Shown here piece by piece: positions 33,201 to 41,400 of a stretch of DNA of 57,504 nt. Origin of the DNA: Patescibacteria group bacterium (GTDB lineage: Bacteria; Patescibacteriota; Microgenomatia; 0-14-0-10-38-17); contig JBMNNJ010000002.1 of assembly GCA_050953885.1 (NCBI GenBank), forward strand, positions 190,140 to 247,643, in the 5' to 3' direction. The translations under genes and the position numbers were made by a program. Under the pieces are notes generated by a model, which saw only the letters and a list, made by a program, of their open reading frames with translations, did no database searches and had not been told where the DNA came from. Each line of letters opens with the position of its first letter. Positions within the stretch are counted from its first letter, which is position 1.

Positions 33201-33273
33201 AGGTGAGTTTCCCGCCACGAGAGGACTATTTACGCCTCGGCTAAAAGCCAAAAGCAGCGTTTGCAATTAGTTC

Positions 33274-34608
33274 CTAATCCCCCTCTTTCAAAATCGCTAA
33301 AATTTGCTCGCCAATAGCGGCGTTAAAGCCGGAAAAAGCCTTATCGCCGATAAAGATAATCGGGTAATAACCAAAAGAAGAAGAAACGCCTTCGCTTTTA
33401 TTACCAACGGCCTGTTTTTTCTCTTCCAGCTTCTGGGCAAAATCGGCTTCTTCTGTTAAATACTCCTCGCAGGGAATATTTTTGTCCTTGAAAAATTCTT
33501 TGGCCTCAAGGCACATTGGGCCAGTATCGTTATGAAACATTAAAATTTTTTCCGTTTCTTGGACTTCTTCTTTTTTCGGTACAGGTGTTTCTTCTGGCTC
33601 CTCGCCCGCTGTTGGCCAATATTTTCCCACCTCGTCGACGGCGCAAGGGTTGGCAATATTTTCCTCCTCCTCATAAGCAGTCAGCGGCCTGATTTTCTCC
33701 GGCGTATAGGGAGCGGTGCGGTTTTGGGGAATTTGCCAGCCGGGTAAAACTACCACCTCATTCTGGGCCAGCTCATCAATCGTTACCCACTCCACTTCTT
33801 CATCGTCAAAAAAACTCATCCACATTTGATACCACGGCTTTTTAAGACCGCCAATATAGGTATGGGAAACCGGAGTAATCTGGCTCTGCCGAAGGGCCGC
33901 CTTAAGCTCCGCCAGCATATCATCCGGCGTTCCTCCCCGCTCGTAGTAACTATAATCGCAAAGACTGCCATATTTAAACTTAATGGAGGGAATGTTGGAA
34001 ACGGAAACCACTTTGACATCGGGATACTCCTCGGCCTGATAAATAGTAGCTTTGGTGTCGGTGGTGCCCCGAGCAAAAAGATAAGGAATACCCAATTCTT
34101 GAGCCACCTCGATTGTGGTTAAATCAGTGCCCATATAACGAGCCGAGATAATCCGTAAGGGCTGGCCGGTGCAGGCCTCAATGCGTTCTTTCAAGTTAAC
34201 AATCGCTTTTTTTTGCTCTTCATAGGGTTTATCCCAAAAAGGGGCTTCCAAGCTTGAACCGGCAATTTCTAAATTATAGGGGAGTAACTTTTTAACATCT
34301 TCGCAATTTTTTTCAATAAAATCCGCCCCCACCATTAGATAACCATGAATTCCCCGCCGGTAAAGCTCATTAACAAAATTAGCCAAACCAACGGTGTCTT
34401 TTTGTTCAATTAAAATCATTAGCCCTTTCGGGGGAGAATAAAGCCGCGTCGATGGCGCTGCCTGATAAGCTTTTGTTTCATAAAGCTCATCTTGACAAAA
34501 CGCCAAATCTTTTTTTAAAGAAGCCAAAGCGGAGGAAGAAAAAAGGCCGGTGATTAAAAAGATCACCAAAAGACAAAGAAGGATAATTTCTTTTTGCGCT
34601 TTCTCCAT
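33274..34608 (-). CDS. Membrane-anchored/secreted protein with C-terminal glutaredoxin-like (thioredoxin-fold) domain; N-terminal domain unassigned (possibly deacetylase-like)
   Basis: Signal anchor IILLCLLVIFLITGLF. The C-terminus ILMFHNDTGPMCLEAKEFFKDKNIPCEEYL...YPIIFIGDKAFSGFN follows the Grx layout but has a single Cys. Confidence 0.45.
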   Translation of the reverse strand: MEKAQKEIILLCLLVIFLITGLFSSSALASLKKDLAFCQDELYETKAYQAAPSTRLYSPPKGLMILIEQKDTVGLANFVNELYRRGIHGYLMVGADFIEKNCEDVKKLLPYNLEIAGSSLEAPFWDKPYEEQKKAIVNLKERIEACTGQPLRIISARYMGTDLTTIEVAQELGIPYLFARGTTDTKATIYQAEEYPDVKVVSVSNIPSIKFKYGSLCDYSYYERGGTPDDMLAELKAALRQSQITPVSHTYIGGLKKPWYQMWMSFFDDEEVEWVTIDELAQNEVVVLPGWQIPQNRTAPYTPEKIRPLTAYEEEENIANPCAVDEVGKYWPTAGEEPEETPVPKKEEVQETEKILMFHNDTGPMCLEAKEFFKDKNIPCEEYLTEEADFAQKLEEKKQAVGNKSEGVSSSFGYYPIIFIGDKAFSGFNAAIGEQILAILKEGD

Positions 34609-34776
34609 TTCTGCTTTCAGCTTAACATTTATTTTTCCCTCTTGTCAACCCATGCCGGTGTCGGCGATAACCACACTAAACACACCTTAGAGGTGGTTTC
34701 CTATTTACACCTCTGGTAAAACTGGTTTCCCTACTTATACCAACATGGCGACGGATATTTTAGTTCTTCCACTTTA

Positions 34777-34802
34777 ACTAAATTGCTATATAGCAATTTA
34801 GT
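34777..34802. promoter_or_regulatory. 26-bp perfect palindrome, candidate operator in divergent intergenic region
   Basis: actaaattgctat|atagcaatttagt (13+13, no mismatch) lies ~70 bp upstream of the predicted promoter. Confidence 0.45.
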
Positions 34803-34871
34803 CTTTAAATAAATTAAAACACACAAATATTAATGTCGCAAAAGTATTTGACTTATACATGGCATATGGTA

Positions 34872-34900
34872 TTGACAAGCTGCCCTTTTGTTGTTATTAT
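34872..34900 (+). promoter_or_regulatory. Sigma-70-type promoter: TTGACA-17 nt-TATTAT
   Basis: ttgaca (34872-34877), the 17-nt spacer agctgcccttttgttgt, and tattat (34895-34900). It lies 48 nt upstream of the DUF5320 ATG, which has the SD aaggaggtga. Confidence 0.5.
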
Positions 34901-34948
34901 GAATAAGTATTCAATATATTATTTAATAATAAAAGGAGGTGAGAGAAA

Positions 34949-35194
34949 ATGCCAGGATTTGACGCCACCGGCCCGATGGGGACAGGACCAGTTACCGGCC
35001 GGGGTTTCGGCCCTTGCGGTTTAGGTCTGGGCTGGAGGAAAAGGTTTGGCGCGGGACGAGGTTTAGGAAGATATTTTCGCTGGAGTTGGCCGACTACCCG
35101 CGAGGACCAGGAAAAAGCTCTTGCCGATTACAAGAAAGCGCTTCAGGAAGAAATGGAAGACGTGGAAAAGGAACTTGCCGACTTGCAAAAGTAA
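34949..35194 (+). CDS. DUF5320 family protein
   Basis: MPGFDATGPMGTGPVTGRGFGPCG... N-terminus plus a C-terminal acidic coiled coil, typical of DUF5320. Confidence 0.7.
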   Translation: MPGFDATGPMGTGPVTGRGFGPCGLGLGWRKRFGAGRGLGRYFRWSWPTTREDQEKALADYKKALQEEMEDVEKELADLQK

Positions 35195-35203
35195 GAACCG
35201 AAT

Positions 35204-35253
35204 AAATCCCTACCTTGTCTGGTTTTTTATCCCAAATAGCAAGGTAGGGATTT
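35204..35253 (+). other. 14-bp stem-loop between the DUF5320 and DUF134 genes
   Basis: aaatccctaccttg (35204-35217) pairs perfectly with caaggtagggattt (35240-35253). The loop contains a T6 run and there is no T tract after the stem. Confidence 0.4.
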
Positions 35254-35276
35254 GCCGTATTATAATATACTTAATT

Positions 35277-35555
35277 ATGCCCCGACCAAGAGTTCCCCGC
35301 TGTCTGCGGTTTAAGCCGCATGTTTATTATTTTAAGCCTCAAGGGATTCCTTTAAGAATGCTTGAGGAAGTAGTTTTGCGACCCGATGAACTAGAAGCCC
35401 TGAAATTATACGAGATCGATGGGCTTAACCAGATAATGGCGGCCAAGAAAATGAAAATTTCCCAACCAACCCTTGCCCGACTTTTGGATAGCGCTAATAA
35501 AAAAATTGCCCAAGCAATTATTACGGGAAAAGCGATTAGAATTGAAGAAAAATGA
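35277..35555 (+). CDS. DUF134 (UPF0251) predicted DNA-binding protein
   Basis: MPRPRVPRCLRFKPHVYYFKPQGIPL...LRPDELEALKLYEIDGLNQIMAAKKMKISQPTLARLL is the canonical DUF134 pattern. ATG 35277 was chosen within ORF 35121..35555. Confidence 0.75.
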   Translation: MPRPRVPRCLRFKPHVYYFKPQGIPLRMLEEVVLRPDELEALKLYEIDGLNQIMAAKKMKISQPTLARLLDSANKKIAQAIITGKAIRIEEK

Positions 35556-36676
35556 AAAAGAAATTACTTGCCTTTCTTTTCTTAGCGGCAGTCTTTTTTT
35601 CTCTTGGCGGCGCTTTTATTTTTGCCCAAGGTGAAGCGGTTAGCCAACCGCCCCAAGAAGAAACCCTTGAAGCGGTGGTAGAAAAAATAGCGGAAGAAAA
35701 ACAAATCAAGCCCTTAGGGGCAGAAAACTTTCAGCTTTATCAAAAACTGGAACTTTTGGTCACGAAAGGCTCTTTAAAAGATAAAAAAATTATTGTTGAA
35801 AACGGCAATTTGCCGGTCGCTAATAACTTACGATATAGGGTGGGTGATAAAGTAATTGTTTCCTATTCACTTGATTTTGAAGGTAACGACAGTTTTTATA
35901 TTACCGATTATGTTCGGCGCGAATCTTTACTTTGGCTATTTTTAATCTTTGCCTTGCTGGCGATCGCCGTTGCCCGCTGGCGGGGAGCGGCCTCCATTTT
36001 GGGTATGGGCATCTCCTTCTTGGTTATTTTTATCTTTATTCTCCCCAAAATTTCTGCGGGCGCTAATCCGGTGGGAATTGCTATTTTAGGCGCGCTGATG
36101 ATTATTCCCCCCACTTTTTTTCTTTCCCACGGCTTTAATAAAAAAACCTTAGTCGCCATGGGGGGAACACTGATCGCCCTAATTATTACCGGAATTTTGG
36201 CTAATATTTTTGTGGAAGCCGCCAAGCTCACCGGCTTTGCCTCCGAAGAAGCCGGCTTCTTACAAGTAGCCAAAGGGGGAGCAATTAACATGAAAGGGCT
36301 TCTTTTGGCCGGAATTATCATCGGCCTTTTGGGAGTTTTGGACGATGTGACCGTTTCCCAAGCGGCAATTGTTTTTCAACTTAAAGAAGCCAATGACAGG
36401 CTGAAATTTAACCAACTTTACCAGCGGGCGATGAGGGTGGGGCAAGATCATATTGCCTCAATGATTAACACCCTTATTTTGGTTTACGCCGGCGCTTCCT
36501 TGCCACTCCTGCTTCTTTTCCTTGACAATCCCCACCCTTTTTCAGAAGTGGTTAATTATGAAATTATTGCCGACGAAGTGGTCCGCACCCTGGTAGGCAG
36601 TATTGGTCTTATCTTAGCCGTCCCTCTTACCACCCTCATTGCTTCTTTAGCGGTAAGCGCGGAAAAGAAGAAATAA
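35552..36676 (+). CDS. YibE/F family membrane protein
   Basis: Signal peptide, then a soluble N-domain, then 6-7 TM helices with LGVLDDVTVSQAAIVFQL and QDHIASMINTLILVYAGASLPLLLL. ATGA overlap with the DUF134 stop. Confidence 0.75.
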   Translation: MKKKLLAFLFLAAVFFSLGGAFIFAQGEAVSQPPQEETLEAVVEKIAEEKQIKPLGAENFQLYQKLELLVTKGSLKDKKIIVENGNLPVANNLRYRVGDKVIVSYSLDFEGNDSFYITDYVRRESLLWLFLIFALLAIAVARWRGAASILGMGISFLVIFIFILPKISAGANPVGIAILGALMIIPPTFFLSHGFNKKTLVAMGGTLIALIITGILANIFVEAAKLTGFASEEAGFLQVAKGGAINMKGLLLAGIIIGLLGVLDDVTVSQAAIVFQLKEANDRLKFNQLYQRAMRVGQDHIASMINTLILVYAGASLPLLLLFLDNPHPFSEVVNYEIIADEVVRTLVGSIGLILAVPLTTLIASLAVSAEKKK

Positions 36677-36862
36677 AAAGCTCTTAAATTTTTACCCCCT
36701 AAAAATGAGTTTTCTTGCCACGCCCGACGGTATTTCCTGCTTACACCAATACCGATTCCCTATATTTAGGTAAGCAAAACTTCGATGGCAAGGCTTTAAC
36801 CAAAATTAAAATTGGAAATTTTGCGTTTTAAAAGCTTTAGGTTTAAAATAGGCTTTTTGAAC

Positions 36863-37465
36863 ATGAACGAAAGACGAATTGGCCACCAAGAACGACCGAT
36901 TACTAACGAAATCCTCTGGAAAGAAAGGGCTTTTTTTGCTCGTCGCGTTTTAGGGCAAGGAGGCACTTTTGTTGGCGTTGGCCGACCGGAAAAAGTTTAT
37001 CAGCAGGGAAAAATTTTAACGGCAGCCCAAATTTTTGGTTGTGACTTAGACGAAAAAATTTTAACCGGATACCGAGAATTCGCACACCTTAAAAGCAACT
37101 TTAGTTTTTTGGAGGGCGACATTTTAGCCGAAAAGCAAAAAGAAGCAATTAGGCAATTAAGAGAAAGCTATTCTCCTTTAGTGGTTGATTTTGCAAATCT
37201 TTTTAACTGGGAGCAAAATTCGCCAAAAAAATTATTAGATTTTTGTTGTCAAGTTAAACCAGAAATTATCTTTTTAAGCGACTTTCCCAACGGTCCCCTT
37301 TTTGCCGCCGTAGAAAAATCTTTACCGGCAAATAACCCTTTTCGGGGCTTACTCGAAGAAGATTTTGACCCCCGTTCTTGCCCAAAAGCCGCTTTTTCTC
37401 TGCGCGCCCTAGCCTTACCTGTAGAAAATAACTTTATAGAAAAAGTAGTCGCCTTGGTGGATTAA
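36863..37465 (+). CDS. Hypothetical protein
   Basis: ORF with ATG at 36863 (the longer TTG start at 36812 is possible). No motif confidently recognised. Confidence 0.4.
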   Translation: MNERRIGHQERPITNEILWKERAFFARRVLGQGGTFVGVGRPEKVYQQGKILTAAQIFGCDLDEKILTGYREFAHLKSNFSFLEGDILAEKQKEAIRQLRESYSPLVVDFANLFNWEQNSPKKLLDFCCQVKPEIIFLSDFPNGPLFAAVEKSLPANNPFRGLLEEDFDPRSCPKAAFSLRALALPVENNFIEKVVALVD

Positions 37466-37646
37466 GAAAAAAAGCCTAGGAGCGGCTTGTTGCTAGCTTC
37501 GAGGATAAAGATTAAGAATAAAAATTATCAAGCTTTCTTCCTTAAAACTTGAAATGCTTTAGAACATTCCAGGGAAAAAATAATAAACCTTTTTAGCAAT
37601 GTGATATAAGACCAAACCACTGTTTGCTACCAAATTAGTATAGAAG

Positions 37647-38480
37647 CTAATAGAAAGCGCCGGAGCAGTAGCTGGTGGTTGGCAGCCATTCATTTTTTGC
37701 TACCTCTCCGGAATTAGTATGATAAAAAACTTCAAACCCATTTTTACCTAATTTTTCGGCCATCATTAGAATCGTTACTAAAGCAGGGGGAGAATCAAGA
37801 TAGCGATCGTCTAGAGCCAAAATTTCCCGATAATTAAAACTTTCTATCAGCCTTAAGGTTAAATCGTCTTTTGATCGCGCTTCTTCGCTCCTTAAATGGT
37901 GAGAAAAATCAATTGAAGCAAGAATAATCACGCCTTCTTTTTGGTAAGTCAACAATTTTTGGGCCAAAACGCCAATTTCCTCAAAATCAAGACGGCCGCT
38001 TAAAACAAGGGGAACCACTGTTGTTTCGGGAAGGTAAAGCTTCAAAAAGGGCAAAAGCGCGCCCACGGCATGCTCGTTTTTCAAAACCTCCTCGTCAACT
38101 TCCACCAAATTTTCTGCCAACAAGCCTTCGATAATTAATTCGTCGGGAAATATTTTCCCAAAAGGCGTCTGCCAACCGGAAAGACTGGTAAGCACCTTGA
38201 AGTTTCCTTTTTCATAATGATTAGGGCCAAGAATAATAATTGTCTTCGGGTTTTGGAAAGAAAGCCTTTGGAAAAAATCGGTGATAATAAAACCGGCGAA
38301 GATATCATGGGGAACGATCCCTAATGCAATTTGATAATTTTCCTGGCGGGTTTTTGCTCCCATTATCCCTTTATCAAAAAGCTCTTTATCAAAAAAAACA
38401 GTTTGATAAGAGTCAACCAATAAGAAGGTAAAAAAAATAAGCAGGCTAACGACTATCCCCCTAAAAATAACCTTTTTCAT
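37647..38480 (-). CDS. Memo-like protein (AmmeMemoRadiSam system protein B family) with N-terminal membrane anchor
   Basis: GIVPHDIFAG, ILGPNHY, HAVGALLPFL and ASIDFSHH match the Memo metal-site pattern. TM helix GIVVSLLIFFTFLLV. The start overlaps the alpha-2-macroglobulin stop by 4 nt. Confidence 0.75.
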   Translation of the reverse strand: MKKVIFRGIVVSLLIFFTFLLVDSYQTVFFDKELFDKGIMGAKTRQENYQIALGIVPHDIFAGFIITDFFQRLSFQNPKTIIILGPNHYEKGNFKVLTSLSGWQTPFGKIFPDELIIEGLLAENLVEVDEEVLKNEHAVGALLPFLKLYLPETTVVPLVLSGRLDFEEIGVLAQKLLTYQKEGVIILASIDFSHHLRSEEARSKDDLTLRLIESFNYREILALDDRYLDSPPALVTILMMAEKLGKNGFEVFYHTNSGEVAKNEWLPTTSYCSGAFY

Positions 38481-41400
38481 CCTCTCGTCTTAATAAAAGA
38501 AAGCACTTTTTGAATAAAGTTTAAAATTGCCTGCCATATCCGGACAAAAAAATTACCCCTTGTCCCATCTCCTGGGGAGAAAACCAATTCCGACGGGCTT
38601 AATATCTCAACCTCCCCAACCTCGCTACGACCATTAATTTCGGGAGCGTACATTAAAGAAGCGCTTGCCGGCGGCACGATAAAAGTCCCGGCGCTTACTA
38701 CCCGAGCTTTATAAGTATAACTTCGCTCCCCGGGCGCAAGACGGTAAAGAGCTAAAACCACCCCATCCTCGCTCACCTCCTGATCGCTAACATCATAGGA
38801 AGTATAATAAGAACTCCTCTCTCCATATTGTTCGCTTTCAAACTTAGGATTAACGGGAATTAAACCGGCGGGGAGTTGATCCTCAATCACCGCGTAATGC
38901 TCTTCGGTGTTTAGTCCCCCTACGGTAATTTTAACAATCACCGTCTCTCCCACCACCAAAGGATAGCCCTCCCCTTTTTCGCTTATATACTCTCTTTTAA
39001 CCCACAGACCATTGTTTTTTGCTTCTGCCTTTCTCTCGGTTCTAAACTCGTTAGCAATTAGGGTAGAGTAGAGTTCACCTTCGCCCTCTTTCTCAATCGT
39101 TAATTCTAAATTATTATTTTTCACTTCCTTAAGAGGAATTTTAATCTCGGCAATTTCCTGCTTAAGGTCAGAAATATTTCCCCGGCTAATTTCTTGATTA
39201 TTTAGTAAAACTCTATAAGTATAATCTGGGCTTGTCTCTTGATTACTTTGCCCAAAATCAACTAATGCCTGAACTACTTGCGCGGTGGCAAAAGTATTCG
39301 CCCAGTAATCAAACTTTCTGTTGCGCGCCAAAAAACGCGCCGCTTTGGTAGCCACATCCCGATGCTCGCCCGAAGAGGTAATCGCTCTTAAAGCCAAGGC
39401 AGTGGAAACTTCTTTGGAACCAAAATTCTTTTCCTCTCCTTCTTCCCAAAATACCGCTTCTCCCTGATAACGAGCTAAGGCAAGAAGTTTTGCCAAGCCG
39501 TTACTTTGGGGATCTTTATTACCGTTTCTTAAATTACTCATCAGCGCTAAGGCAAGGTAGTCGGGACCCAAATTATCTAAATCCGTCAAAAACTTCTTCC
39601 CTTTCTCTGAACCAATTAAAGAAAGAGCATAGGTTTTAGCAATCCAATCCTCACGGCTATATTCGCGGCTAATATTTTCTTGAAAGTCATAATAAGAATC
39701 TCCCTCAAGATAAGCTTTTGCCTTTTTAAAAACTTCCTCATCGATTCTCCCTCCTGCCTGTTTGGCTCTTAAGAGATACTCGACTACATAGGCGGTAATA
39801 AAAGGATTAGAGCTCCCTTCTTTCCACCAACTCCAACCCCCATCATCATGCTGGAGCAGAACCAGCTTCTTAATGCTTTCCTTAATCACCTGTTCAGGGC
39901 CCTTCTCTAAATTTTGAGAAACAAACAATTGGGGGTTTTCCTTGGCAATCACCGCCGGGGCAAGACGACTGGCTACCTGTTCCGCACAACCATAAGGATA
40001 ATTAATCAGGTATTCCATCGCCGTCGGCAGCATTCCCATCAGGGAAGGGGACAAAGAAAGACTGACGGCTGATTTTTCCTGATCGCGATCAGGCGAGAGC
40101 TTAACCGAAAATGTTTTTGGCCCCTCGCCGGCAAAAGCGCTTTTTTCCCAAAAGCCAAAAGAATAAACGGGAATTTCCACGACCACCTCGTCCGAGACGC
40201 TTTTGTCTTCTGAAGAACCAGCCGAGAAGGTGAGTTTTGCCTTTTCTTTTTCCTCATCGGGGCTTACCTGCCAGTAAATCTGTTTTATCTCTTGAGGCTT
40301 TAGGGAAATTGTCTGCGCTTCCTTTGGGGAAACTTTTCCGGCCTCAAACTTCATTCTTACCTCCAAGACCTCTTCTTTTTCGGTAAAATTTTGCACTAAA
40401 GCAGAGAGAAAAATTTGGTCACCCTCGCGCAAGATATTAGGCAATACCGGCCGGATAACCACTTCTTTACTCACCACCACCTCACTTGTGCTCTGACCGG
40501 CTTTAGTATCCGCTGTTGCTCCTAGGGCCGAAATTACCCAAGTGGTGAGATTATCGGGCAATTTAAAGCTTATTTGCGCCCGACCGTCATTACCAGTTTG
40601 CACCACCGGATTCCAATAGGCCGTATCCTCAAAAATATCCCGGGTGGAACCTCCTCCTCCCCCCATTTCCGGGCCGCCCATATTGTAAAACCCTTCTAAG
40701 GAATGAGCCATGGCAGTGGTATTGGAGCGCTCCTGCCAAAACTCCCTAAAAATTTCTGCCGGCTTTTTATCAACCAACTCAAAGAGGGCCTTATCCACCG
40801 CCCAAACTGCCAACTCGGCCGCTACCGGATTGCCGGCAAAATCATTAGTTTGCAAATTTAAGGTCAGTGTTTCCCCGGGAGCGTAAGTTTCTTTGTCCGG
40901 CGTAATACTCACCACCATTCGTTTACTCTCGGCAGGGACTTTAATATCAACCGACGCATAATCCAGACCGTCATCGGCAAAACTTAAAGCATTTGCAAAA
41001 ATATTAGGCATATCACTTTCAACTAAGGGAACCTCTATTGTTTCACTTTTACCGCTAATTTTAACTACCTGAAAACGGTGGACCCAACCTCTTTCAAAAG
41101 ACAAAAATATGTCCCGATCGGGAACTTCGGAAAAAATTGTCAGCCGCACCTTCTCGGCAGGAGAATAGGTTAGCTTATCAGCTTTTATCGTTAATTTCTG
41201 CTGGTTATCACCGGCATAACCTTCATAAATAGGCTGATCTTTACCTACCACCCAAAAACTAAAATCTTTACTAATTAAATTCCCCCGGCGGTCACTACCG
41301 GAAACCGTAAAATTATAAGAGCCGGGCTTTGAAGGGACAAGTGAAAAATTAACTTCTCCTTGGGCATTGCTGGCGGCTTTCAACTCCGGCAAGTCTTCTT

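Noticed and set aside
32973-33270. Two overlapping ORFs (97 aa minus strand, 79 aa plus strand) at the island's right border.
   Set aside because: Both are off-frame or antisense readings of the duplicated amrS 3' fragment. The meaningful frame is the startless one at 33021-33200.
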